NCBI GenBank assembly: GCA_012862495.1 | Contig: BLSG01000086.1 | Span: 187,156 to 251,155 of the forward strand | DNA from: Thraustochytrium aureum | Lineage: Eukaryota | Direction of reading: 5' to 3' | DNA length: 64,000 nucleotides | In this document: positions 32,246 through 45,044 of the stretch, one piece after another | Numbering within the stretch: the first letter of the stretch is position 1 | How the letters are laid out: each line of letters begins with the position of its first letter | Notes under the pieces: model-generated | The model's database searches: none | What the model saw: the letters and a program-made list of their open reading frames with translations, nothing else | Told to the model about the DNA's origin: nothing | Made by a program: the position numbers and the translations under genes

Positions 32246-33229
32246 TCACCAGGCTTTGCACTGCCAGCGCCCATCCACATACAAATGGCTGAGGCGACCC
32301 AAGGTGCACTCTTCGGGCCGCTCGAGGTACACGTTGAGCACGTTCAGGAGCGCGGCTACGTAAAACGACAAATAGCCTGCGGTCGCCACACCAGCGGCGG
32401 CAAGCGCAACGGCCTTGCTCCCTGTAGAACCGCGCACCGAGTCAAGCACGAGTGGCCCAAGGAGAAGGCACCAGACTTGCACAGCAACACTAACGCCGCA
32501 AACGATTTTGATGTATGATCGCTCAAGGTCGTCAAGTTCGACCTCCACATAACGAGCCAACGCGGTGCCAATCATAGCGCCCACCGAGACGTCCACCGGG
32601 TGATGCCGCCCCGCCGCAACGCGAGAGACGCCCACCGCGGCAGCCCACAGCAGCGCGAGGGGCTCGTAAGCAGGATCGATGCCGAGCACGGTCGTCGCAT
32701 GCGCGCTGCGAAAGGCCCAGGCCACGAGGTAAAAGGCTCGCAAGGTGTGCCCAGAGGGAAACGAGTACCACTCGCCCCAAACACAATAGTATGAGGTGCG
32801 CGCCTGCCGGCAAGCCGGGCGAGGCCGCTGGAAGAATGACTTGAGAAGCTGCTCCACCGTGGCGCTCGCTGCCATTCCGCCGAACAGGTCGAGCAAAACT
32901 TCGAGCTCGCAAGTCACGGCGCGGCACGAAATCGAGCCGGGGCCCCCGCGCATGGCGACGAGCACACTCGCAATTACGACCGGCAGCACGAACCAAATCG
33001 CCTCGTCCCCTGAGACGCTGATTGCGGTGCGCAGAACACGCAACGTCTTGCTGCGCTCACACTTGTTGTAAATCGCCCGCGTAACGTGTTCGTCGGCGGC
33101 CCAAAACAGCCTTTCCGCCTCCCCGACATGGAGGGCGAGCTTTTCACCGCCGCCTCCCGCGACCGGCGCCTCCTTGACCTCCACGGCCGCCGCCACGCGC
33201 CCCTCCGGCCCGTCCCGTCTCTGCCTCAT
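32246..33229 (-). CDS. PAP2-family lipid phosphate phosphatase (PLPP6/7-like)
   Basis: Motifs KSFFQRPRP (C1), SFPSGH (C2) and SRVAAGRHHPVD (C3), with several TM segments. Confidence 0.9.
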   Translation of the reverse strand: MRQRRDGPEGRVAAAVEVKEAPVAGGGGEKLALHVGEAERLFWAADEHVTRAIYNKCERSKTLRVLRTAISVSGDEAIWFVLPVVIASVLVAMRGGPGSISCRAVTCELEVLLDLFGGMAASATVEQLLKSFFQRPRPACRQARTSYYCVWGEWYSFPSGHTLRAFYLVAWAFRSAHATTVLGIDPAYEPLALLWAAAVGVSRVAAGRHHPVDVSVGAMIGTALARYVEVELDDLERSYIKIVCGVSVAVQVWCLLLGPLVLDSVRGSTGSKAVALAAAGVATAGYLSFYVAALLNVLNVYLERPEECTLGRLSHLYVDGRWQCKAW

Positions 33230-33972
33230 TCTTTCGGCACGTCCGCGTCACGAAACGCCACTACCACTCTGCAGGGGGCCAGAATCGGTCGATCGAGGCG
33301 GCAGCCGCCTCCACCTTAGAAGCACTGCGCCAGAGCGTCACGCCGCCGCGAGCGGCTGCCGTGTGCCGCCGCCGCCGCCGCAGCAGCCCCTGCCCCGCTT
33401 GCGCCACTGCGAGGCCCGTGCGCACCACCGCACGCGGTGCGGGTTTGGTTCAGAGGAGGTCCTCTTCCGTCCTTGCGAGTAAAGGCAGTTAGTACCGCAA
33501 TAGCGGTGCTACTTGAGCTACAAAGGTCTTTCTGGTCTGCTAAAGGATGTGCCGGCTTTGGTGGCGTTGCTCGGTGCGACAAGTGTGTACTCTCCATACC
33601 TTCCTGCCCGTGCGTGCGACGATGTGTTGCGAAGCGACGCGCATGTGCAACCTTAGACGCGCAGTGGACGTCTTGAAGGGAGCAAGACTCCAGTCGTTTA
33701 CAGTCGTGCAAGCTTTGCCAGACGCTATTGGCGGCGTTGGCGCGCAGTATCCCGAGGACAGCGATACCGTGGGCGGTTTCACTGTGTTTGGCAGTGCTTG
33801 GTGCACTGGTGAACCTGCTGAATGTGTTGACACCAACACCTCTGCTCTTCGAGCCACAGTCGGTTGCTCGGGGTGGCACAGACGTCGGCCAAGAGGACTT
33901 GGGAGTTGAAAGAACAAACGAGGTGGCCAACCTCGACGTCCAACCCAACCACGCGCTCCATACCAATTTTAA

Positions 33973-34031
33973 AGCTTGGGACTTTGCAAGTAGCTTGGGA
34001 CTTTGCAAGTAGCTTGGGACTTTGCAAGTAG
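33973..34031. repeat. 19-bp tandem repeat (AGCTTGGGACTTTGCAAGT) x3
   Basis: Perfect contiguous units at 33973, 33992 and 34011. Confidence 0.95.
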
Positions 34032-34706
34032 TTCTGCCAGATGCCAGAATTCAGATACTTTTCCCGCCCGGAAATGAGCGCAGCCCGGCGCGACAAAACC
34101 AACGACCACGTGACTCACCGCGAAACCGATACTCCTCGTGGATTTTACTTCTCAGGGTTTCGAGATGCCTACTCGGCAAACAGCAAGCCAAAGACCACAT
34201 GGGTGGATCGGGCTGTGGGCCGCGAAACCCCCGTCGGGTGCTTGCCACGCCCAGTCCTGCGGGTCTTCTTCGACGGCCACGCCGTTCGCAGTCAAGCCCA
34301 CACCGGCCNNNNNNNNNNNNNNNNNNNNNNNNNNNNNNNNNNNNNNNNNNNNNNNNNNNNNNNNNNNNNNNNNNNNNNNNNNNNNNNNNNNNNNNNNNNN
34401 NNNNNNNNNNNNNNNNNNNNNNNNNNNNNNNNNNNNNNNNNNNNNNNNNNNNNNNNNNNNNNNNNNNNNNNNNNNNNNNNNNNNNNNNNNNNNNNNNNNN
34501 NNNNNNNNNNNNNNNNNNNNNNNNNNNNNNNNNNNNNNNNNNNNNNNNNNNNNNNNNNNNNNNNNNNNNNNNNNNNNNNNNNNNNNNNNNNNNNNNNNNN
34601 NNNNNNNNNNNNNNNNNNNNNNNNNNNNNNNNNNNNNNNNNNNNNNNNNNNNNNNNNNNNAGTCGGCGCCGGCGGAGACCCCGCTGACGAGGAAGGGGCG
34701 GCGCAG

Positions 34707-35442
34707 GCTCACCAAGCTCCGCGACGCGAGGTCCGACGGGCGCACCTTCGTGCAATACGTGGACCGCGGTACGTTGCCTCGGGTTGCCTGCGCCGAGACC
34801 GGGTAGCAGCAAGCGCGCGTGCGCGGCCTAGCGCCAGAGGGCTCGACGCGGGCGGTTGGGGAAGGCTGCCGCGTGTCGCTAACAGTCGCCCAACCGGCAG
34901 CCTGCCACATCCTCGCCGAAGAGGGGCTGGCCCAAGACCACCTCGTCGAGCAGCAGCTAATCTCGACCCCGTGCGGGCAGTGCGATGGATTTTTTAGTCC
35001 CGCGCACGATCGCCTCTGTGCCGTGAGCATCATGAGGTCGGGCGACCTTGTTCTCGAGGCCGTCCGCCGACTTGAGCCGGGCATTGCAGTGGGCAAGATC
35101 CTCATCCAGCGCGACGAGGAAGACCCCGAGAAGCGCCCGCGTCTATTTTACGCAAAGCTCCCTTCCAACATCAGCGAGCTCGTCGTGCTTTTGGTCGATC
35201 CGATGCTCGCTACGGGCGGCAGCGCGCTAAAAGCAATCGAGGTCCTGGAGGAGAAGGGTGTCAACCCGTCCAACATAACCTTTCTCAACATGATCGCCTG
35301 TCCAGAGGGGATCGCCGCAATGCGTGCTGCGTACCCGACGGTTCATATTGTTACGCTCGCGATTGACGAGTGCATGAACGAGAACAAGTACATCGTGCCC
35401 GGGATCGGCGACTGTGGGGATCGCGCGATGGGGACGCTCTGA
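34707..35442 (+). CDS. UPRT: Uracil phosphoribosyltransferase (intron 34769-34900; 5' exon(s) in gap)
   Basis: LTKLRD..FVQYVDR|ACHILAEEGL, CAVSIMRSG, GKILIQRDEE, LFYAKLP, DPMLATGGSA and KYIVPGIGD.GDR. The intron is GTACGT...GCTAAC...CAG. Confidence 0.93.
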
Positions 35443-35704
35443 AGCTGCGCCTCCGACAAAGCACCGAGCGAGCAGGGCGCAAATTCCTGGGCCGCGCTCC
35501 GACCGTGCCCCCGACCCACCCCGCCACGCTCATATTTTGTTGTTTTCTCGCCTTTGAACGCCCCTTGCGCCTTTCAGCTAATTCCGTGTGCTTTCCGTTC
35601 CATTCCAACTTTAAAACTTTTTCCAACGAGCACACTCGCAACGCGCGCCAGCAGTGTCAGCGAGCAGAACAGAGCTCGGCGCGTGAAGAGGCAGGCAGCC
35701 CGCC

Positions 35705-35983
35705 ATGCTCGCAGAATCCTCGGCCCAGGGCCGCGCGCCGCCGTACGGAAGCGCCGAGGAGCAGCGCGTCGCAGAGCAGCCGCCGGATTCCAACGCGCCA
35801 GAGTTTCGGGCGGGGCCTGAAGCTCACGAGGGCCTGGACGCCAAACGCGACTGCGGCTGGCAGGAGGTCTGGGATGAGGTGGTGTGATACTTGACCTCAG
35901 AACGCACGTACGCGCTCCCGCTCGTGTGCCTTGCGTTCGTGGTCATTCCGGTGGTTGTGATTTTGGTGGTGCTGGCGAGGTAG
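35705..35983 (+). CDS. Small putative tail-anchored protein interrupted by an in-frame TGA (35885-35887)
   Basis: MLAESS...WQEVWDEVV*YLTSERTYALPLVCLAFVVIPVVVILVVLAR*; a hydrophobic helix follows the TGA in frame. Confidence 0.45.
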
Positions 35984-37161
35984 CTCGCCCGTCTTGGCGG
36001 CGCTGCCGTGAGAACTCTCGGCACGCGAGGTGGCATGCGCGGCAGAGCACGACGACCATGACGATGCGAGGGTTGAAAGAGACGGGCGCGCTTTGCCCAG
36101 GCTTTCGTGTCCGAGTCACTCGACGGCAGCGACGACCTACAGCCGAAAGCCTTCCCAATAAAATTCAATTGAAGGCAAGAGCTTGCAAGTGAGGGATCAG
36201 ATCGTCTCGTGGGGCGGCGCTCCCTGCGTTGGCCCGCGCGCCGGACTTTCGACGCAAGGTGGCCCAGCGTGCTGAGCCCGCGTTGGGCAGACGACAACAC
36301 TCCACCGTTTTCCTGGTGGAGCAGTCAAACCGCCAACTACAGTAGCTAGAAATAACCATGTTTCCATCGCTGCCCACGACGGACGTCTCCTGATGCAACC
36401 AATCCCTCTGGCCTTCAGCGCCACAGCCATCGCCTAATGTCAGGCCAAGGCAGAGGTTGGGCGACGGCATCGTAGGACGAATTACATCCGCAGTCCTCGA
36501 TGCTCTCCGCAAGAGCAACCCCAAAGTCGCACGCTCGCGCCAACTTGGCGGCATGCACGCAGCCACCGGGCTGCCCGAGCGGCAATCTCCCCTGCGCCCC
36601 CTCCCCGCTCTAGCTAGTCGTTCGTTCTTTCCACACCAGCAGCAAGAACCCGCGAGGTCCCAAACGGTAACGCGCTCCATAGCAGGTCGGACCTGGGCGC
36701 CACCAGGACCCGCGCCAGAGCAGAACGCGCGGCCGCTGGCAGGAGGGCCCCGAAAGCGCCGGCGCCTGGATCTGGCGCGGCTGCACAACGCGCTCTGCGC
36801 CTGCCTGGTTCAGACTCGGCCACGCCGGCCGCGTTCCTGGCGAACTCGGCCGAGACGCCGCAAGNNNNNNNNNNNNNNNNNNNNNNNNNNNNNNNNNNNN
36901 NNNNNNNNNNNNNNNNNNNNNNNNNNNNNNNNNNNNNNNNNNNNNNNNNNNNNNNNNNNNNNNNNNNNNNNNNNNNNNNNNNNNNNNNNNNNNNNNNNNN
37001 NNNNNNNNNNNNNNNNNNNNNNNNNNNNNNNNNNNNNNNNNNNNNNNNNNNNNNNNNNNNNNNNNNNNNNNNNNNNNNNNNNNNNNNNNNNNNNNNNNNN
37101 NNNNNNNNNNNNNNNNNNNNNNNNNNNNNNNNNNNNNNNNNNNNNNNNNNNNNNNNNNNNN

Positions 37162-40100
37162 CGATGTCGATGCGGACCGCCACGGCGCTCGCGTTGGCGT
37201 CCGGAACGACGGCAGCAAAGACCCGTTTGCAAACGCGATGGCGAACCTTGGCGCGCGGGTCGGGAAACTGCAGGCCAACGTGCTGCCCGAGGGGAGCGGG
37301 CTGCGGGACGCGGCCTTCTCAGACCTGGACGCTCTGCTGCTTGCGACGGTGGACGAGCCAGTCGCGGCGGCCGAGCTGGCGCGCGTGCGCGCGCAAGGCG
37401 AGGCGCGCGTTCGAAGGTTAGAAGCTGCCTGCGGTCAGATCCGCAAGCAGCACGAGCAGCGCATTGAGCAATTCAAGGCCCGCGCAAGGATTTTCGACGT
37501 GCAGGCCTCGAGCGCGGTTTCGCGCCTGAGGCTGAAAAAGCTCAGCTTTGAAAGGCGGTTGCGGCACCAGTTTGAAACTGCGTCGCGTCGGCTGCAAGAG
37601 CTGGTGTTCGAGAGCCTTGGCGAGCTGGAGAAGACGCTCAACAGGCTCGAGCGCAGCGCGCGCGCTCGGGAGGCCGATTGTCGGGCGACGAACCGGCCAG
37701 ACCGCTGCGTCTCTTCGTTGGAAGCTGTTTCTGCAAAGGCTCGAAGAAGACAGCCTTGGCCTCCTTCAGGTGCACGACGTGCCTGCGGCGGACGGCCACG
37801 ACCTGTTCAACCGCCTCGTGCACGCCTACGAGCGAGACCTCGGAGCCGCTCTATCGCAGGGCCCGCCGGGGTGCATCGAGCGCCTCGCTGTTGTGAGCTA
37901 CCAGCCTCGACGGGCGGCACCTTCCGACACGAGCGTGGTCAAGGGTGGCCGCCACGCGGCAGCCAAAGCAGGCGCCTCCCTTTCTGAGGCTGGCGAGCCA
38001 CCCGCACAGCATGACTCGAAGGGGCGCCTGCTGGCCAAGGAAAAGGGTGGCGCCGGCTCGCAAAAGTACCGCAAGCCGCCAGCCGTGTCAGAGTTTGCGA
38101 CGGAAACGCACAGCGCGCTCGCCTCCCTGTTCGGCGACGCGGGCATCCGTGTGCTGGAAGACTCGTTGTCAACGCATGGGCCAAGGGCTTGTGGCGAGGA
38201 CGGCCAGAGCGTCAAGCCTGTTGTGAATTTCCAGCGCCGGCAGCTCATGGGCACGCTGCAAAACCCGCTGTATTCTGCAAACATGTTGTTGTCAAGTCAG
38301 ACGGTGGCCTGGCTCACGTGGCCCGAGCACGGGCGGACGCCGACCGGCTGCCACGTGTACTTTTGCTTGGAAGAGCGCCTTGCTCTGCAGGGCCAAGAGT
38401 CGCTCGGCAAGTGCTTGGGCAACATCTATTTGGGCGCAAACCTCGACCCTGCAACGCAGTGCCTGGTTGTCAAGGACCTGGAGGCCTGCAATGCGAGGTG
38501 CAAGAGCGCGTATGCGCTTGAGTTTCCTGCGGACCCCTCTAGCTCGGAATCGGCGGCAAAGGGCTGGCCCAGCGGCTTTGCGGTTGAGCGCACGGACGGG
38601 CGGCACCGGCACCACTTTTCTCTCGACCACGTAAAAGACCAAGCGGTGCGCGACCTCGTTAGAGCGCACCCCGACGTGGTTGTAGCCAGCGCGGTGGACG
38701 CAGAGACGGGGGCGACTAGCACGTATCATTTGTTCCGGCGACGGTGGAGCACCTCATGGAGACGACCAGGTTTATGGANNNNNNNNNNNNNNNNNNNNNN
38801 NNNNNNNNNNNNNNNNNNNNNNNNNNNNNNNNNNNNNNNNNNNNNNNNNNNNNNNNNNNNNNNNNNNNNNNNNNNNNNNNNNNNNNNNNNNNNNNNNNNN
38901 NNNNNNNNNNNNNNNNNNNNNNNNNNNNNNNNNNNNNNNNNNNNNNNNNNNNNNNNNNNNNNNNNNNNNNNNNNNNNNNNNNNNNNNNNNNNNNNNNNNN
39001 NNNNNNNNNNNNNNNNNNNNNNNNNNNNNNNNNNNNNNNNNNNNNNNNNNNNNNNNNNNNNNNNNNNNNNNNNNNNNNNNNNNNNNNNNNNNNNNNNNNN
39101 NNNNNNNNNNNNNNNNNNNNNNNNNNNNNNNNNNNNNNNNNNNNNNNNNNNNNNNNNNNNNNNNNNNNNNNNNNNNNNNNNNNNNNNNNNNNNNNNNNNN
39201 NNNNNNNNNNNNNNNNNNNNNNNNNNNNNNNNNNNNNNNNNNNNNNNNNNNNNNNNNNNNNNNNNNNNNNNNNNNNNNNNNNNNNNNNNNNNNNNNNNNN
39301 NNNNNNNNNNNNNNNNNNNNNNNNNNNNNNNNNNNNNNNNNNNNNNNNNNNNNNNNNNNNNNNNNNNNNNNNNNNNNNNNNNNNNNNNNNNNNNNNNNNN
39401 NNNNNNNNNNNNNNNNNNNNNNNNNNNNNNNNNNNNNNNNNNNNNNNNNNNNNNNNNNNNNNNNNNNNNNNNNNNNNNNNNNNNNNNNNNNNNNNNNNNN
39501 NNNNNNNNNNNNNNNNNNNNNNNNNNNNNNNNNNNNNNNNNNNNNNNNNNNNNNNNNNNNNNNNNNNNNNNNNNNNNNNNNNNNNNNNNNNNNNNNNNNN
39601 NNNNNNNNNNNNNNNNNNNNNNNNNNNNNNNNNNNNNNNNNNNNNNNNNNNNNNNNNNNNNNNNNNNNNNNNNNNNNNNGATCCGCCAAGAGTACCGCGT
39701 GTTAAACGAAGAGCGCGAGGCGCTCTTCGCTGGGGCGCCCAGTGAGCCGCGCGCAGACGATTCGGCCAGCGAGACGTCGGGAGTCGGCGCTGGGCATGGC
39801 ACGCTCTTCCGGTCTCGCGCACAAGTCTTGGACCGCGAGTTCGCCCGGCTCGTGCGCGACGCTGGCGCGGGCGGTGTCGCCACGAGCCTGGACGACAAGC
39901 GGCCCGACGGACCCGGGGAGGGCCCGGTCCTTCGCGAGCGGCACCTCGTGGAGACGGAGCTGGAGCTCGAGTTTTGCTTGCGCAAAATCGCAATCTTGCG
40001 CGAGAAGCGCTTGCGGCTCGAAGGCTCCTTGCCGCAGCGCGCCTTGCAGCAGGTCCGCGCCGACTTGCATCACAGCGCTCAGAGCCCTGAGGTGGACCTC

Positions 40101-40340
40101 GTGGCGCCTGATCGGCAGCGCGCTGACGAACTCGTCGGGAGGCGGGACGAGCAGTCCGAGACCCGTGGCCGCTCCGGAAATCCGCGAGACAAGAGCGACC
40201 GGGCCAGCGCCGCACAATCGTACGTCGCGTCACCAAGTGTCATTCCATTCCAGCGCCAGCAGTCCGGCCCGTCCTCGTCTGTGGCGCGAACTACGAAAGG
40301 CCCTCGTCGGAGGAGCTCCAAGCCGCGCGCCCGGCGCTGA
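37162..40340 (+). CDS. Large hypothetical protein with coiled-coil segments (5' end unclear, frameshift ~37670-37730, internal gap)
   Basis: Heptad-like helices (RVRRLEAACGQIRKQHEQRIEQFK; ETELELEFCLRKIAILREKRLRLE) and long open frames on both sides of the gap. No family recognised. Confidence 0.55.
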
Positions 40341-42088
40341 CCGACCGACCGGCCGACCCGCCCAGTGCCCCGGGCTTGCGCGCTCTGCGCCACACCGAGT
40401 ACTGTGTGGGCCTCCTGTGCTCGCACGTTCTCACATGTCGATTATGTTATGAACACAGAGAACTAGAGCGAATCAGCTTGAATATGAGCAAAGAAGCTCA
40501 CCACGTTCACGAACAAGTCGAGCCATGTCGACGATGAACAAAGAGCGCCCTTCGTGAATCAGCGCCATAGAACAAAGCGAGTCACCGAACTCCCGGCAGT
40601 TGCGCTCACGGACAAAAAAGCCCGCCTCTCACAGATCTCGCAGCTGTCCCGAACGAATTCTGGTCCGCCGCCACTCCAGCCGCCTCTCACAGGCGCGCCC
40701 CTCTCTCGCGCCATTCCTCTCCTCCCCTCTCCCCTTCCCCCAGCCTTGCGTTCGTTTCGCGCCCCCTCCAGGGAGGGCAGGAGTGGACAAAGCCGCGTTT
40801 CCTTCCGTTCCTTCCTTCCTTCCTTCCTGGCTTCATCCTTTTGCATCACAACACATCCTTTCGATCGCGGCGAAGTGAAGAAACGAAAGCAAGAAACGAA
40901 AAAAAAAACCAAACAAAAACCCGTTCTCCGCAGAGAGGCGGCGGCCTTGCAAAACGACGCAGGCTTTGCAAGAGTTTCGTTGGCCTGCTCACACGCCGCA
41001 GGTTCTCGTTCCTTCGTTTCCCGCGCATTTTCCAGGAGGAATCGCCGTTTCGCGCCACTGCTCCCCGGACGCGAGTCGTGCGGCTGTTTTCGCTCGCGCC
41101 TCTGCGCGGCTTGAGAGGGAGGGGCAAGCGGCGCGCCTCTCTGCGCTCTGCACTGTGCCTGGCGCGCCGCATGGGCAGCGGCGGCAGCAGCAGCAGCAGA
41201 GGCCGAGCAGGCAGTGCTGAGAGAGAGAGAGCGAGTGGCGGAGCGAGCCTCCTTCCNNNNNNNNNNNNNNNNNNNNNNNNNNNNNNNNNNNNNNNNNNNN
41301 NNNNNNNNNNNNNNNNNNNNNNNNNNNNNNNNNNNNNNNNNNNNNNNNNNNNNNNNNNNNNNNNNNNNNNNNNNNNNNNNNNNNNNNNNNNNNNNNNNNN
41401 NNNNNNNNNNNNNNNNNNNNNNNNNNNNNNNNNNNNNNNNNNNNNNNNNNNNNNNNNNNNNNNNNNNNNNNNNNNNNNNNNNNNNNNNNNNNNNNNNNNN
41501 NNNNNNNNNNNNNNNNNNNNNNNNNNNNNNNNNNNNNNNNNNNNNNNNNNNNNNNNNNNNNNNNNNNNNNNNNNNNNNNNNNNNNNNNNNNNNNNNNNNN
41601 NNNNNNNNNNNNNNNNNNNNNNNNNNNNNNNNNNNNNNNNNNNNNNNNNNNNNNNNNNNNNNNNNNNNNNNNNNNNNNNNNNNNNNNNNNNNNNNNNNNN
41701 NNNNNNNNTACCACCTGACCGGGACCCTGCCCGACCAAGGCCAAGGCCAACCCGGCCCTCCCCTTCTTCTTCTTGCAGGAGGAGAAGGCGCGCTCGACCA
41801 AGGTCGAGGTCTTTTTGCTGGGGGGTGGTCGTATCTCACAATTCAACCCCTTCTCTGATCGAGGGAAAGACCAGGGGACGCGAGTCCTCGGTGTCTTTGG
41901 GCCCATTGCATAGCCCGGCTCGGCCCCAAACTAGCCAAACGTTTGCAAATCGTAGCTGCCCACGCCGCGACTGCGAGGCCCAGCTCACGTTGCCCCTCAG
42001 GGCGCCGGCACGATACCTCACGAGCCTGCCACAGACCGCTACGTCGGCGGAAAGGGACTTTGCTGTCGCACCCGATCCGAGCTCCAAG

Positions 42089-42951
42089 ATGCTGATGGCG
42101 CCGCCGCAGTCTGCTGCGACGCAGCAGTACAACAACCGGGGCGTCACGCAGCACTTCGAGGCCAAGGCCCCCGTCTTCGCTTCGTACGAGACGACCCTTT
42201 TTCTCATCGACTGGGACGACACGGTGCTGGCCAGCAGCTGGCTTGCCGCGCAGGGCCTGCGACTCGACTCGGTGCACGTCCCCGAAGAGGTACGTTGGAG
42301 GAGTTGAAGGGAGTTGATGGGAGGGATGATGTGTGTCTTGTGTCCTTGTGGCCTGTGAAGTGGGTGGAGACCGTGCTGAGGGTCCCGTTGTTGAACGAAT
42401 GTATTGCTCACGCCATGCGCTCGCTTTTACAGGTCGCCTCTGTCCTGCAACAGCTGGAAGCACAAGCCTCCATTTTGCTCACGCGAGCAATAGAGCTTGG
42501 CAGCGTGGCCCTGGTCACAAACGCCGAGAGCGGCTGGATTGAGCTCTCATGCCGCAAGTTCCTCCCGGGCCTGTACTCGCTTCTGTCGCGGGTGCGCATT
42601 CTCAGCGCGCGGACCACCTTCGAGGCCCAGTTCCCGGGGCAGACGCAGGTCTGGAAGAACATGGCTTACGAGCAAGTCTGCTCGGCTGTTTTCTCCAACC
42701 TGGCCGAGTCGGGCTACACCGGCAAGTACAACGTGCTGAGCCTCGGCGACAGCCTGTACGAGCGCAACGCGCTCATCCACCTGGCTAAGAAGGTCCCTGC
42801 CGCGGTGACCAAGTCGGTCAAGCTGATTGAGCGGCCGACCTGTGGGCAGGTGCAGCGCCAGCTGGAAATTATCAATGGCAACTTGGACACGCTCGTGCAG
42901 TCCAGCGACCCGGTTGACCTCATGCTCACCATTGACTATCTCGACTGCTAG
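42089..42951 (+). CDS. HAD-superfamily-like conserved protist protein (intron 42290-42432)
   Basis: LFLIDWDDT (motif I), LVTNA (motif II), WK and LSLGDS.YE (motif IV). A GTACGT...TTACAG intron joins HVPEE|VASVL in frame. Confidence 0.85.
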
Positions 42952-43732
42952 TGCGACTCGGCAAGCCTTGTGCTGTGGCTCAGCTCCCTTGGGCGATCTA
43001 CGTGGCGCCGGTGACCTGCGGGGGCTTTTGCAGTGGCGGTAGCCGCCCACACCCCTCCCCATCCTCGCAGCCGCGCCGCGCCTCAACCTCGCCCGGATAA
43101 AAGGGACCCCAGCCCCGCACAACCAAGCGCCGCCGGGAGACGCTGTTCTTTGCCGTCTCGCAAGCTCGCACGCTCACTCTCATATGCTTATCGATAGGAG
43201 CTCGATCGATTGGTCCAACCGATCGGCGGCCCCCAGCAAGGCAGACTGGTGGGACGTGGCTCGGTGCAAACGCTGGACGTCCCCAACCTTGTGGCCACTC
43301 GCTCGCGCGCTCATTGCTCTCTCCGCCGCCCTCTGTCTCGTTTTGGCTGGTGCTGGCCGCCACGTGCAACGAAAAAAAGAAAATCAACGACCGATCCCCG
43401 CAGGGGGATCGGTTCGGCGCCCGCAACAGCCTTTGAGACAGAGAGAGCAACTTGGGCAGCGAGCGGGCCGTGGCTCCCCCCCCCTTATAGTCGTCCGCGC
43501 TCTTTTGCGCCCAATCCTCGGTCACAAGTTCCTCAATCCACTCCACGCGCGTGGGTGCGGTCACTGCCTCTTTTCTTCCACAGGCCGGCCCCGCGCACTG
43601 CAATGTAAAACAAAAAAAACATGTAAAACCTCTTGAGAACCCATTGATCATTATCACCAGCGCGACCCTGGTGCGCCGACAGCCCTGCTCGCGACGCATG
43701 GGCGCAAGCCAGGTGCAGCGCGGCGCGCCGTG

Positions 43733-45044
43733 TCACTGGATCGCGTCTGGGTCCACGTCGGTTTCCTCGAGCGCGCAAACCATGTGCGCGATCGCGTAAG
43801 ACACCATTTGGGTGTTCATCGGCACGATGGTGCGCAGGGCCGAGACGTCGCACACAACGAGCCCGCCCAGCCCTTGCACCCTGAGCCGAGAGTCGCACAC
43901 AGTCCCGACGCTCAGCGTGCACGAGAGGTGCCAGTTCGGCGAGAGGCTGCCGACGAGTACTTTGGTTCGCACGTGCAGCTTCTCGAGGCGCGCCGCGAGC
44001 TCTGCGACGCCGCGCTGGTGCCTTTCAAAGTCGTCGACTCCAACGGGCAAGTAAGGCTCCAGCTTTCCATCAGCCGCGAGCACGATGCGGCCCGGGTTGG
44101 CGCACCGCGTGGTCGCAAAGGAGAGCATGTTGGGCCCGACCAGCTGTATCTTGCCAAAGCCCACCGCAACGTCGCCCAGCCGGTGCTTGTATCCCAGCAG
44201 CGCCGGGTACAGCTTGGGAAAGGCGTACTCTGGCGGGACATCGGCCGCCGCGCGGCCGACCCAGTGGTCCTGCAAGTTGGCCCCAATGTGTTCGTTCACG
44301 AGGACCGGGGAGCGCCGCCGCGGAGCTGGCATACAATCTCCCTGGGCCCGACGCCGGATCGCATCAACAGCTTGGGCGACTCGATTGCCCCACAGCACAA
44401 AAGCGTCTTGCGCCTCGCCGAGAGCTGGACAGCTGAAGGTCGCGCGCCACCGTTCCTAAGGGCTCCGCGGCAAGTCACACCGCGAACCAGCGGCGCCTGC
44501 GCGCTGTTGTCAAAGACGAGCTCCTCTGCAGTACCCACGAAAATGTCCACCCTCGCCGGGACCCAGTCTAGAGGGTGCAAGCGGGACCAGCCGTCCGAAA
44601 ACACCCGAATCGGGCCGCCCGCTACCCCGTTCGCCCGGAGGTCCTCGCTGAGTCGGTCGAGCCCAGGGGTGCGCGGCGCGGGGCGCGAGACGCGGTCCAG
44701 CTCGCCGCTCTGCAGGAAGTTGCGGTAGAGCTCTACAAACTCGGGCCCCAAGCTCTCACGGATGTCGTCCTCGCTCGGGACTGGGCCTACGGCCGCGTTG
44801 ATGTTGGTGTTGCCGCCCAGAAGGGTGCAATTCGCGAACTGCCGCTTGTGCGCGCGGAGTCGGTAGGGAAGGTCCGGCCGCAGCCAGGGCGCCACGACTC
44901 CAATCAGGCAGAGCATGTAGGTCCGCCACAGCTCTGGCGGGTCTCCTGCTGCGTTCACTATGCACACCGTGCGGTCCGGGAACCGCTCCGCGAGAAGCGC
45001 CGCAGCATAGCACCCGCTCGCGCCGCCGCCCACCACCACATAGT
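43733..45044 (-). CDS. GMC (glucose-methanol-choline) oxidoreductase (start in gap; frameshift ~44310)
   Basis: YVVVGGGASGC FAD motif, LLGGNTNINA, CGAIESPKLLMRSGVGP, GANLQDH, WH..CT, DSRLRVQGL.GL.VCDVS and NT. Confidence 0.88.

Noticed and set aside
33973..34031. CRISPR array or iterons
   Set aside because: A simple spacer-less tandem triplication with no associated genes.
35885..35887. Selenocysteine codon
   Set aside because: No redox motif context and no SECIS that I can identify downstream.
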